Source of the DNA: an uncultured Lachnospiraceae bacterium
GTDB lineage: Bacteria > Bacillota > Clostridia > Lachnospirales > Lachnospiraceae
DNA length: 64,000 bases
Assembly (NCBI GenBank): GCA_910578795.1
Contig: CAJTSD010000010.1
Location: 10,898 to 74,897, forward strand
Reading direction: 5' to 3'
Shown: in pieces, positions 47,068 to 56,559 of the stretch
Layout of the letters: each line of letters opens with the position of its first letter
Position numbering within the stretch: position 1 is the stretch's first letter
Position numbers and translations under genes: made by a program
Notes under the pieces: generated by a model
Told to the model about the DNA's origin: nothing
Database searches by the model: none
What the model saw: the letters and a program-made list of their open reading frames with translations, nothing else

Positions 47068-48409
47068 TCCGGCACCGTTCAGCAGACGGCAGTATGAATA
47101 CTTTCAACGCTGCATTTACAGTTGGTTCAACGTAGCCGAAGGCGGAAAAAGAGGCGGTAAAAATGTTCTTCAAACACTGATATTCTGTACCTTGCTGGAA
47201 ACACACAAAAATAAGATACATCTTGTGGCGGGCGTTTCCGGCGCTACGGCAAAACTCAATATTCTTGACTGTGACGGTTACGGGCTGCTGAATTATTTTG
47301 AAGGACGCTGCAGGGAGGGAAAATACAAAGACCGTGACTGTGTTTATGTGCAGACCAAGACAGGGGAAAAAGTCGTTCTTGTTTCAGGCGGAGGAAAAGA
47401 CGGCGATGAGAAACTGATCAAGGGAAACACATATGGAATGGCATATGTGACAGAAGCAAACGAGTGCCATAAAAAGTTCCTGAAAGAAGTATTTGACAGA
47501 ACGCTAACAAGCTCTGACCGAAAAATATTCCATGACCTGAATCCGAAAGAGGAAGAACACTGGTATTATACAGACATTTCGAGTTTTCACGAAAAAATTC
47601 AGGAGAAAAATAAAGAATATGGTTATAATTACGGACATTTCACCATTGTCGACAATATGTCCATGTCGGATGATGAGATAAAAACTGCCCTGACAACCTA
47701 CCAAAAGGATACAGTTTGGTACCGCAGGGACATCAGGGGTGAAAGGGCAGTTGCGGAAGGGGTTATATTTGCGCGTTTTGCTGGCAATTCGGAGCCGTAC
47801 CTGTACGATGAGAACGAACTGTTTGATATGCATCAAAAATCAGGAGAAAAGCCAAAACTCAAAAATAAGCCGTATATGATCACAATAGGCATAGATTTCG
47901 GAGGGAACGGATCCATGACAACTTTCGTGGCAGCAGGCTATTTTAACAGGTACCATGAAATCAGGATAATGGAAGAGGACGGCATAGAGAAATCCCCGGA
48001 TATTGATGCGGACAGAATATGTGAGGAATTTGTAAAGTTTTACAGAATGATTATAGAAAAATATGGCATATATCCTGAATGGATATTCCCGGACAGCGCG
48101 GCGACTACGATGATAAACAGTCTGCGGAGTGCCGCAAAGAAATCAGGTCTTCCGTGGCATAATATCGCAGGCTGCCACAAAAACGAAGTGAGTGAGCGCC
48201 CGAGAATGATTGATATCCTGTTTAATACGGGCAGGCTGAAAATCAACAAAAAATGCAAACGCATCATATCGGCGGTAAAAGCCCTGAAATGGGATGAAAA
48301 GAAACCGAACCAGCCGGAGGATAAAAATATCGGAAACTGCAACGACTGGTGGGATGCATGCTGTTATACCATGCTTGACTTTGAACAGTACATAATGTTG
48401 GACAGATAA
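47060..48409 (+). CDS. terL: terminase large subunit
   Basis: About 450 aa. Walker A-like AEGGKRGGKN. C-terminal nuclease region. Overlaps the terS stop. Confidence 0.9.
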   Translation: MNNPAPFSRRQYEYFQRCIYSWFNVAEGGKRGGKNVLQTLIFCTLLETHKNKIHLVAGVSGATAKLNILDCDGYGLLNYFEGRCREGKYKDRDCVYVQTKTGEKVVLVSGGGKDGDEKLIKGNTYGMAYVTEANECHKKFLKEVFDRTLTSSDRKIFHDLNPKEEEHWYYTDISSFHEKIQEKNKEYGYNYGHFTIVDNMSMSDDEIKTALTTYQKDTVWYRRDIRGERAVAEGVIFARFAGNSEPYLYDENELFDMHQKSGEKPKLKNKPYMITIGIDFGGNGSMTTFVAAGYFNRYHEIRIMEEDGIEKSPDIDADRICEEFVKFYRMIIEKYGIYPEWIFPDSAATTMINSLRSAAKKSGLPWHNIAGCHKNEVSERPRMIDILFNTGRLKINKKCKRIISAVKALKWDEKKPNQPEDKNIGNCNDWWDACCYTMLDFEQYIMLDR

Positions 48410-48421
48410 AGGAGGAAAAAG

Positions 48422-49819
48422 ATGGAACGATGCGTAGAAAACTTATTGATGAAAAGAGGATACCGCGTCAACAACGATGCAATGTCAATAATCGGCGAAT
48501 GTGACGACTGGTACGCAAACAGAATGATAGAAAGCTTCCACAGAAGGAAAACCCTGCAAGGGGCGGAATATGAACTGAACAGGCTCAACTTTGCAAAAAG
48601 GTGCTGCTCTGATGATGCAAATCTCTGCGAGGTTATTGAAATCAATGCAGGTACGGGAGGACAGGCGGAATTTGTCAATGAAATCCTCCGGAACAACGAG
48701 TTTGGTATACAATACAGAAAACAGCTGGAAAAGTCATCGGCGGTTGGTACATCCGCATGCTATGTCAGGCTGGATAATGCGGATATCTATAGTAACGGTA
48801 CAATTAAAGGCGGGGATATACGGCTCAATTACGTAAATGCGGACTGTTTCATTCCGCTTACGGTGGTAAATGACATCGTTACGGAAGCGGCTTTTTCCGG
48901 CAGCAGCCTGAAAAAAGGAAAAAAACAGACAACGCTTGTGCTTTTCCTGCTTACGGAAACGGGAGAATATACAGCGGAAACGCACATATTCGATGAGTAT
49001 GGAACGGAACTTCCGGAACTGGAAACGATTATTACGCTTGGAACTGTGAAACCGTTTGCGGTAATGAAAAACGCAGAAGTAAACAACCTTGACAATATGG
49101 ACGGATACGGTTTTCCAAAACTGATTAACACAATTTCAACCCTGAAAGTTGTCGACTTGTGCTACAACGTGCTTTTCAGCGATTTGGACAAGGCAGAAAA
49201 AGTAATACTGATAAACGAAGCACTATGTGAGTTTAATCCGGAAACGGGAAAACCGAAACTGACACCGGAGCAGAAAAAGCTGTTTGTGCTGCTGGGTGAG
49301 AAACTTCCTGAACAAAAAGAAGTAATACAGGAGTATAACCCCACTATAAGGATAGAAGACATAACAAAATGTTTTGAGCTTGCACTGTCCCTGTTGTCTA
49401 TGAGTTTTGGATACGGGACAAAAAAGTACAGTTTTGAAAACGGTCAGATAACAACGGCAACCGAGTACATAGGAGAGCGTCAGGACCAAATGCAGGAACT
49501 GAACAGACAGAGGCAGGAGGCATTGAAATATATACAGGACATTTGCAGGGCGGTGCTTTGGTATTCCAATACATTTCACGGAACCGGATATAGCATTGAT
49601 GAAGAAATACTTGTTGATTTTGATGATAGTTACGTAACGGACAAGGAGGCGGAGCTTGAGCGGGTGAGGAATGATGCATTGAGTTTTGAAATTCCAAAAC
49701 TGACAGTGTGGTATCTCATGCAGGCATACAGTCTGACAGAAGATGAGGCGCAGGCATTGGTGCAGGAAAAAGAGGAACGCAAAGAGGAAAATGAAAAAGA
49801 TGAAGAGAGCGAGGACTAA
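48422..49819 (+). CDS. portal protein
   Basis: 465 aa. Position after terL. Acidic C-terminal tail. SD AAAGGAGG. Confidence 0.85.
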   Translation: MERCVENLLMKRGYRVNNDAMSIIGECDDWYANRMIESFHRRKTLQGAEYELNRLNFAKRCCSDDANLCEVIEINAGTGGQAEFVNEILRNNEFGIQYRKQLEKSSAVGTSACYVRLDNADIYSNGTIKGGDIRLNYVNADCFIPLTVVNDIVTEAAFSGSSLKKGKKQTTLVLFLLTETGEYTAETHIFDEYGTELPELETIITLGTVKPFAVMKNAEVNNLDNMDGYGFPKLINTISTLKVVDLCYNVLFSDLDKAEKVILINEALCEFNPETGKPKLTPEQKKLFVLLGEKLPEQKEVIQEYNPTIRIEDITKCFELALSLLSMSFGYGTKKYSFENGQITTATEYIGERQDQMQELNRQRQEALKYIQDICRAVLWYSNTFHGTGYSIDEEILVDFDDSYVTDKEAELERVRNDALSFEIPKLTVWYLMQAYSLTEDEAQALVQEKEERKEENEKDEESED

Positions 49820-49822
49820 ACC

Positions 49823-51751
49823 ATGCTTACGGATAAACAGTTAGAATATATCAGCGATGCGCTGGTACCGTTGTTTCAGTATCTTGAGAGCGAGGTTATT
49901 GCAGATGTGACGCAGAGGGTAAAAGCGACAATGGCATATACAAGAACAGCAGAGCAGCAGGCACAGGCGCTTTACCAGTTGGGCTACAGTCCGGCGTGCA
50001 TCAGGAAAGAAGTCATGAAAAAACTCAGAGCGGATAAAGAGTTTCAGAAAATTGTAGCGCAGAATACGCTTGAACACAAAAAGACAGTCAAAGAGCTTTT
50101 GAAAAAAATAAGAAAAGAGGCAGGAAGGGGAGGAGAAAGACTATTTGCAGATGCGGGCAATTTAAGCTTCCTTGACGATCTGCGTGTATGGGAGCCTGGA
50201 CATAAGCCGATTACAGGCAGTTCTTTTCTGCCAAAACTTGAAAAAGCAATGGAGGAGCAATTAAAGGGTGAAGTGAGCAACCTGACAAAAACGACGGGTT
50301 TCAAGACTGTGGCAGGTATGGAACCGCTTGAGAACGTGTACAGGCGCGAATTAGATAAAGCTATGATAAAAATAACATCAGGCACATTTTCACAGGAGCA
50401 GGTTTTGTATGATGTGATTCATAATCTTGCACACAGCGGTCTTAGAACAGTTGATTACGGAAGCGGGCGGACAATGCAGCTTGATACGGCGGTGCGCGTT
50501 GCGGTAAGAACGGGTACACATCAGCTCATGGGAAAGATAGCCGAACAGAGTATCAGGGAAACAAATACGAATATGGTATACGTATCCTCACATTGGGGAG
50601 CACGTAATAAAGGGACGGGACACGCCAACCATGCACAGTGGCAGGGGAAAGTATACACCATAGGCGCAGACATGGCAGCAGGGGCAGCCCAAAAAGAGGC
50701 GGAGCGCATCGGGCAGTTCGGAATAGGCGACTTATGGGAGGCGACGGGATACTGTATGGACGGAAAACACGAGAATGATCCGTTGGGATTGTACGGATAT
50801 AACTGCCGCCACAGGATATACCCGTGGTTTGAGGGCATTTCCTCCCTTCCTGACGAAGATCCGGAGCCCGACCCCATAACCATTGATGGAAAAGAATATG
50901 ATTACTATGCGATGTCGCAAAAGCAGCGTGCCAAAGAAAGTAATATTCGCGCTCTGAAACGGGAACGTGAAGCGATGCAGAAACTCGATATGGACACAAC
51001 ACAGGTGCAGAAAAAGATAAAGGAGAAAATCAGGGAGTACGAGGAATGGTGCAAAAAGTACAAAATGCCTGAAAAGTACAACAGAATACGTTATGATAAC
51101 GGGACAGGTGAATATAAAAAAACAAAGGCGTGGAAAGAGTACGAAGCGAAGCATAAAGCAGATATGGAAAGTACGGGAAGCGTTGCTGAAGCAGAGTTGC
51201 AGAAAATAGTTTCTAATGATAAAATAGTTTTGACAAAAGAAATTCAAGAAAAGGCGGATATGATAAAGCCTATGGATATCACAAAAGAGTGGACAGAGGT
51301 AAAACGGATAAAAGGATCCATTATTGAAAAACAGGAATATACGATTGATGGCGTAACATATAAAGTGGACGGAAGACATATTATACTTCATCCGACTAAG
51401 CAGGAAAGAGCTGTTGCAACAATATTAAGTGAAAAATATGGTAAAGTTGTTGAATTTGTTCCGCAAGTATTATTTCCACAAGGGGTACAAACGCCGGATT
51501 ATTTAATAGATGGTTCGCGGTATGATTTAAAGACACCAACAGGAAGCGGAAAGAATTTATTATACAGTTTATTATCAAAAAAAAGAAAGCAATCGCCAAA
51601 TTTCATCTTGGATATTACAAATTGTCCATTAGATAAGGACGAAATAGTACAACAAATTGATGGTATTTTTGCGTCAAGGCATACAAGGTTTGTAGAAATA
51701 ATAGTCTTAATAAAAGACAGTGAGATAATAAGTGTATTTGGCAAAAAATGA
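49823..51751 (+). CDS. MuF/SPP1 gp7-family head morphogenesis protein with C-terminal PD-(D/E)xK nuclease-like toxin module
   Basis: MuF core (HWGARNKGTGHANHAQWQGKVY, GYNCRHRIYPW). The C-terminal ~140 aa contain EFVP...TPDYLIDGSRYDLKTP (PD at 51494-51499). Confidence 0.8.
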   Translation: MLTDKQLEYISDALVPLFQYLESEVIADVTQRVKATMAYTRTAEQQAQALYQLGYSPACIRKEVMKKLRADKEFQKIVAQNTLEHKKTVKELLKKIRKEAGRGGERLFADAGNLSFLDDLRVWEPGHKPITGSSFLPKLEKAMEEQLKGEVSNLTKTTGFKTVAGMEPLENVYRRELDKAMIKITSGTFSQEQVLYDVIHNLAHSGLRTVDYGSGRTMQLDTAVRVAVRTGTHQLMGKIAEQSIRETNTNMVYVSSHWGARNKGTGHANHAQWQGKVYTIGADMAAGAAQKEAERIGQFGIGDLWEATGYCMDGKHENDPLGLYGYNCRHRIYPWFEGISSLPDEDPEPDPITIDGKEYDYYAMSQKQRAKESNIRALKREREAMQKLDMDTTQVQKKIKEKIREYEEWCKKYKMPEKYNRIRYDNGTGEYKKTKAWKEYEAKHKADMESTGSVAEAELQKIVSNDKIVLTKEIQEKADMIKPMDITKEWTEVKRIKGSIIEKQEYTIDGVTYKVDGRHIILHPTKQERAVATILSEKYGKVVEFVPQVLFPQGVQTPDYLIDGSRYDLKTPTGSGKNLLYSLLSKKRKQSPNFILDITNCPLDKDEIVQQIDGIFASRHTRFVEIIVLIKDSEIISVFGKK

Positions 51752-52223
51752 AAAGCCATTTATCCGATTGGTCAACTGTTCAAAGAACAGGACATTGGAA
51801 TCAGCAAATGACTTTTCCTCATTTATATTATACCAATAGTGAAACAATTATGCAAGAAATTTACTTAAGTTGCTGGAAAATTGCGGGAAATTGTGATATT
51901 AGTTTTGAGGAGGTATTGCCATGAAAAAAGAACATGGAGAATTTATTGTTGATGACAGACCTGACTTGTCAGTATTTGATATTTTTTTTCTGAATCAGAG
52001 AAAAAAAAGAACTGTATGAAACCGTTGAACAAAAAGAAAAAGAGTATGGCGAGCGTAGAAAAAATATGACAAAAGAAGTGAAGCATGTGAAAAACATAAT
52101 ATTGAAATTGAACAGATATTTGAGCAGTTTAAGGACAGGACATTGAAAAGGCAGCAAAATACTGCAACGGCATAGTTAAAAAAATAAAGGAAAAAAGTCT
52201 TGCAATATTGCAATAACTTTATG

Positions 52224-52252
52224 TTGCAAATAAACGGGAATTTGTATATAAT
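52224..52252 (+). promoter_or_regulatory. consensus promoter of the KTR moron
   Basis: TTGCAA, 17-nt spacer, TATAAT, preceded by the 14-bp palindrome TTGCAATATTGCAA (52200-52213). Confidence 0.55.
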
Positions 52253-52303
52253 GAATTTGTAGCAAACATACATTCCAAATAAATAAATAAAGATGGTGGC
52301 AGA

Positions 52304-52465
52304 ATGCAGAAGGAATACTGGTACGGATGCCCGAACTGCGGATTTCCCAAAATGCTGAAATACCTTGACAGTACCAAGATCATCAATTTCCCCGGGTATT
52401 GTAAAAGATGTAAACGGGAAGCCATAATAACAATAGAGCCTAAGAGCCGGATAGTGAATCATTAA
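52304..52465 (+). CDS. cysteine-rich KTR-type small protein (53 aa)
   Basis: MQKEYWYGCPNCGFPKMLKYLDSTKIINFPGYCKRCKRE...: a CPxC...CxxC zinc-ribbon pattern of the Cys-rich KTR family. Not in the ORF track because it is shorter than 60 aa. Confidence 0.6.
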   Translation: MQKEYWYGCPNCGFPKMLKYLDSTKIINFPGYCKRCKREAIITIEPKSRIVNH

Positions 52466-52490
52466 ATTGATTGACGTTCGGCTCTTTTTT
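52443..52490 (+). terminator. terminator after the KTR gene
   Basis: agagccg / cggctct stem enclosing an inner hairpin, followed by TTTTTT. Confidence 0.5.
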
Positions 52491-52575
52491 ATATTTCAAA
52501 GGCGGAAAGGCAACCAAAAACAAATTTCCTATATCGGGGAAAACCCGATTCACAAATTATTTTAAGGAGAGGCAT

Positions 52576-53160
52576 ATGAAAAATATTTTTGAGATCATGA
52601 AGGAGTTCGGGCTGGAAGTTCCGGAGGACAAACAGAAAGACTTTGAGAAAGTGATGCTTGAGAACTATAAGACAATATCCGATTATGATGTTCAGACAAA
52701 AAAGCTTGAGTCAGCGGAAGATAAGGTAAAGACTCTGACAGAAAGCCTTGATAAGTTCAAGGACGTGGATGTTGACAAGCTCAACGAAGACATCGGAACA
52801 CTCAAAAAGCAGCTGGAGGACAGGGACAAGGAACTTGCAGACCAGCTTGCGGAACGGGATTTCATGGATACCCTGAAAGAAAGTGTCCATGCGGCAAAGG
52901 GGAAAGACACAGAGAAGATTATCCGGCTTTTGGATGTGGAGGCACTGAAAACATCCAAGAACCAAAAGGAGGATATCGCAGCAGCAATCAAGGCAATGGC
53001 AGAGGACGATGTCACAAAAGGAATGTTCCATACGGATGAACCCGAAAAGACAGGTACGGCAAATGTCATTGGAGGAATTACAGGAAGCGGCAGTGGCGGC
53101 ATGGACGCGCAGATGCGTGTGGTTATGGGACTGCCTCCGGCAGAAACGAAAGGAGAATAA
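52576..53160 (+). CDS. phage scaffolding protein (GP20-like)
   Basis: The ATG at 52576 follows AAGGAGAGG. Helical, acidic, coiled-coil. Lies immediately upstream of the capsid gene. Confidence 0.75.
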   Translation: MKNIFEIMKEFGLEVPEDKQKDFEKVMLENYKTISDYDVQTKKLESAEDKVKTLTESLDKFKDVDVDKLNEDIGTLKKQLEDRDKELADQLAERDFMDTLKESVHAAKGKDTEKIIRLLDVEALKTSKNQKEDIAAAIKAMAEDDVTKGMFHTDEPEKTGTANVIGGITGSGSGGMDAQMRVVMGLPPAETKGE

Positions 53161-53165
53161 AGTAG

Positions 53166-54035
53166 ATGCCAAACACAATTGCATTAGCAAAAAATTACAC
53201 AAGTTTACTTGACGAGGTATACCGAAATGCCTCTGTTACGGCAGATCTCACATCAGATCCTGCAATGTCAAGAGCGGGCGCAAATGCAAACGAAATCATA
53301 TACCCGCAGATATCTGTGACAGGTCTTGGCGATTATGACCGTAACAGCGGATATACCACAGGTGCGGTAGACCTGAAATGGCAGACAGTGTCATTCAATT
53401 ATGACCGTGGCACCAAGATATCGGTAGATGTAATGGACAATGAGGAATCAAGAAACCTTGCGTTTGGAATGGCGGGGGCAACGCTTATGAGGGATAAGGT
53501 TGCGCCGGAGGCGGATGCCTTCACGTTTGCAACGATTTCAGGAATTGACGGTATTACAAAAACAACAGGAACCATTGCAGGTCCGCAGCAGTTTCTTGAA
53601 GCGCTTTTAACGGCGTGGTCAGAGATGGATGAGGACGAAGTACCGCAGGAACAGAGAATGCTTTACGCGACAGCCACACTGCTCAACAGCGTCATGTCGC
53701 TGGATACGACAAAATCAAGGGAAATTCTTGCAAAATTTGCAGTAAAAAAAGTAGTACCGCAGGCGCGTTTTTATACTGCGATAGACATGATGGATGGAAA
53801 GACTGCCGGTGAGGAATTAGGGCACTATAAGAAGTCCGATGCAGGCGCAGACATTAACTTTATGATACTTCACAAGCCCGCAATTATTAAATTCGACAAG
53901 CACACCGCAAGCAACATTATCCCTGCGGCATCAAATCCGGATGCAGATGCGGATATCATCAAATATCGTAAATACGGACTTGTAGATGCATATAAAAACA
54001 AGCGTGCCGGAATTTACGTGAGCAGCAAAGCATAG
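53166..54035 (+). CDS. major capsid protein
   Basis: 289 aa. Position after the scaffold gene. SD AAAGGAG. Confidence 0.75.
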   Translation: MPNTIALAKNYTSLLDEVYRNASVTADLTSDPAMSRAGANANEIIYPQISVTGLGDYDRNSGYTTGAVDLKWQTVSFNYDRGTKISVDVMDNEESRNLAFGMAGATLMRDKVAPEADAFTFATISGIDGITKTTGTIAGPQQFLEALLTAWSEMDEDEVPQEQRMLYATATLLNSVMSLDTTKSREILAKFAVKKVVPQARFYTAIDMMDGKTAGEELGHYKKSDAGADINFMILHKPAIIKFDKHTASNIIPAASNPDADADIIKYRKYGLVDAYKNKRAGIYVSSKA

Positions 54036-54045
54036 GAGGTGCAGT

Positions 54046-54354
54046 ATGAGGACGGTAGGCGCAGGAGCAAAGACAGGCAGCGGTAAAAGTGTGGCGGAAC
54101 TGGAATCGGATAACAATATGCTCAGGGAAGCTAACAGCAGTGCAGGCAAAAGAATCTGCGATTTGGAAGCGATGCTTAATGAAAGCAGGAAAGAGGCAGC
54201 AGAGCTGAGAACGCAGCTTGATGAAAGTAAAAAAGAGACAGAAGAACTGGAGCAGATGTTCGCTGAAAGCAGGAAAGAGGCAGCAGAGCTGAGAGCACAG
54301 CTCGCAGAAAACAAAAAAGAGAAAAGCGGCAAGGAAAAAAGCGCTGAAAAATAA
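54046..54354 (+). CDS. coiled-coil repeat protein (head module)
   Basis: 102 aa. Internal 28-aa repeat ESRKEAAELR.QL.E.KKE. The 30-nt identical DNA repeats lie at 54181-54210 and 54265-54294. Confidence 0.5.
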   Translation: MRTVGAGAKTGSGKSVAELESDNNMLREANSSAGKRICDLEAMLNESRKEAAELRTQLDESKKETEELEQMFAESRKEAAELRAQLAENKKEKSGKEKSAEK

Positions 54355-54368
54355 GGGGGAAAGGGAGC

Positions 54369-54761
54369 ATGGATGTGCCTTATATTGATTGGGAGTATTA
54401 CAGCTCCCTTTTTGACAACATCACAGACGAAGCGGCTTTTAACAGGGCGTATGCCAAAGCATCAGCATATATGGACAGGCGTACCGCTATGCGTACGAGA
54501 GAGTTCATGAATGCATACGATGAAGAAAACGCCACAATGTTCCAAAAAGGGACAGCACAGGCCATAAAAATGACAATGTGCGAGCTGATAAACAGTATAT
54601 CCGCGCAGGAAACGTCAGGAATGGGCACAGGCATAGCGAGTGTGTCAAACGACGGGTATTCTGAAAGCTATAAAATTACGACGGCAGCAGAGAAAGAAGC
54701 GCAGCTGTTAAGCATTATGCGGAGCGGGCTTTCGGGTACAGGACTGGCAGGTGCGCTATGA
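54369..54761 (+). CDS. head-tail connector / DNA-packaging protein
   Basis: 130 aa. Position and size are typical of gp6-like connectors. Confidence 0.55.
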   Translation: MDVPYIDWEYYSSLFDNITDEAAFNRAYAKASAYMDRRTAMRTREFMNAYDEENATMFQKGTAQAIKMTMCELINSISAQETSGMGTGIASVSNDGYSESYKITTAAEKEAQLLSIMRSGLSGTGLAGAL

Positions 54762-55204
54762 ATGTATTGTTCAATGATGCAATGACTGTATACAATTACC
54801 GCCAAAACAGGGAAACGGGAGAAGAAACGTGGCACAGGACGGTGGTAAAAGGGGTACAGTGGCGCCACAACCGGAAAGAATTGTCTACGTCGGGCAATAC
54901 ACAGAGCTTTCCACTGGCAGAGAGTATTACAATTGATTTTAAACGTGATTACGGTAACGCAGCAGTGTATCTGCCTCCGCATGAGTTCAGGAGACTGTCA
55001 GATGAGGAAATAACAAAATACTGGACTTTGGACGCAAAGGAAGGGCAGGATGTGCTTGTGCTTGGCATATCTGAGTATGAAATAGGAGCGGACTGCGGAT
55101 TGTCGCAGCTGTCAGAACTGTTTCAATATACAGGAACCGTTACGGCAGTATCGGACAACAGGAACATGCCGAGATTAAAAAATATAAAGGTGGTGGCCAA
55201 ATAA
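54758..55204 (+). CDS. minor capsid / head-closure protein
   Basis: 148 aa. Start overlaps the upstream stop. Call is based on synteny. Confidence 0.55.
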   Translation: MNVLFNDAMTVYNYRQNRETGEETWHRTVVKGVQWRHNRKELSTSGNTQSFPLAESITIDFKRDYGNAAVYLPPHEFRRLSDEEITKYWTLDAKEGQDVLVLGISEYEIGADCGLSQLSELFQYTGTVTAVSDNRNMPRLKNIKVVAK

Positions 55205-55644
55205 TGGCAGGAACAATATATGGCTGTACATTGAGCCTTGATACAAGAAAGTTAATGAAACGTTTGGGAATAGAGGAAAGAGGCAGGGTGCAGCGTGTGG
55301 TAAGTGAAGAAATCCTCCATTTGTGTGATCCTTATGTGCCGTTATCGGAGGGACACCTAAGAGATACAGGGCATGTGGAAAATAATTCAGAAATTGTATG
55401 GAACGGTCCATATGCGCATTATCTGTTTGAAGGCATTGTTTACGAAGATCCGGAACTGCACTGTGCAGGCTTTAAGACGGAAAACGGGTGGCGGTCAAGA
55501 AAAAATGTCCAAAAAGTTCCGTCAGACAGAATGCTCCATTACAATAACGGTTCCCGCAGAGGGGCGCACTGGGTAGACAGGGCGCTGCAGAACGGAGGCA
55601 GGAAAAAGGCAGAGGACGCAGCGAGAAGGGCGGTTGGATCATGA
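55204..55644 (+). CDS. minor capsid / head-tail joining protein (gp10-like)
   Basis: 146 aa. Overlapping start. Motif WNGPYAHYLFEG. Confidence 0.55.
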   Translation: MAGTIYGCTLSLDTRKLMKRLGIEERGRVQRVVSEEILHLCDPYVPLSEGHLRDTGHVENNSEIVWNGPYAHYLFEGIVYEDPELHCAGFKTENGWRSRKNVQKVPSDRMLHYNNGSRRGAHWVDRALQNGGRKKAEDAARRAVGS

Positions 55645-56042
55645 CAGTATCAGAGAGTATTATAAAATGGCTTCAGGGATTTCAGATGGGGCGTATAGAT
55701 ACGGATATCCAAAAGGCCGATAAAGGAAGATATTCGCTTGCAAAAGAGCCTGTACAGAATGTAAAATCATATCTTTCCGGCAGGAAGGAGTACACAGAAC
55801 ATTATACAATCAGGGCGCGACTTCCAAGCCTTGCAGATGCAGACAGAATTGCAAATAATGGTTTTGGTGAAAGGCTGTCTGAGTGGGTAGACGAAAAGAA
55901 CGGGAAAGAAGAGTTTCCGCTGATAAAAAATGCGGTTGTGAGTGAGATTAAGATAACAACCCCTTTTTATATGGGCGCTACGGCAACAAATGACAGCGTT
56001 TATGAAATGACGATAGCCATAAGATATGTAAAGGAGAAATAA
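55641..56042 (+). CDS. minor capsid / tail-completion protein
   Basis: 133 aa. Overlapping start. Call is based on synteny. Confidence 0.55.
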   Translation: MTVSESIIKWLQGFQMGRIDTDIQKADKGRYSLAKEPVQNVKSYLSGRKEYTEHYTIRARLPSLADADRIANNGFGERLSEWVDEKNGKEEFPLIKNAVVSEIKITTPFYMGATATNDSVYEMTIAIRYVKEK

Positions 56043-56046
56043 GACA

Positions 56047-56544
56047 ATGGCAGAGATGAGAGAAAAACTAATGCATTTTTTTAATATCGGTTCTGCAGAT
56101 ACACCGGACTACGTGCTTTTAGGTGACGGCATTACATCGCTTACGGAGGAATTTAACCCGGAAAGCGAAACAAAGCAGTACATCAATCAGGCAAACGGTA
56201 CGACAAACATAAAATCGTACACGCCGTCAATCAGCGTTGAAAAGGAATATATCAGGGATGAAAAACTGCAGAAGTGGATAGACAAAAAAGTAAAGCTTCT
56301 TCCTGTAGGAACGGCAGCGCAGTCGGACTATGTAAGAGTAAACATCATGGAGGAACCCACATCATCCGGTGTGTATCCGGCAGTTAAGAGAAAATGCTCT
56401 TATCAGCTCGACAACATCGGAGGAGATGCCGGATCGGAGTTGAAAAGCTCCATGACGCTTGGCGGAGTTGGAGACGGAATACAGGGATTTTTTGATGTTA
56501 CCAAAATGACATTTAGTGAGAGTGATACGGAAAGCGGAATCTAA
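56047..56544 (+). CDS. major tail (tube) protein
   Basis: 165 aa. Last gene before the chaperone pair. SD AAAGGAGAAA. Confidence 0.65.
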   Translation: MAEMREKLMHFFNIGSADTPDYVLLGDGITSLTEEFNPESETKQYINQANGTTNIKSYTPSISVEKEYIRDEKLQKWIDKKVKLLPVGTAAQSDYVRVNIMEEPTSSGVYPAVKRKCSYQLDNIGGDAGSELKSSMTLGGVGDGIQGFFDVTKMTFSESDTESGI

Positions 56545-56559
56545 CAGGAGGGAAAAGTT

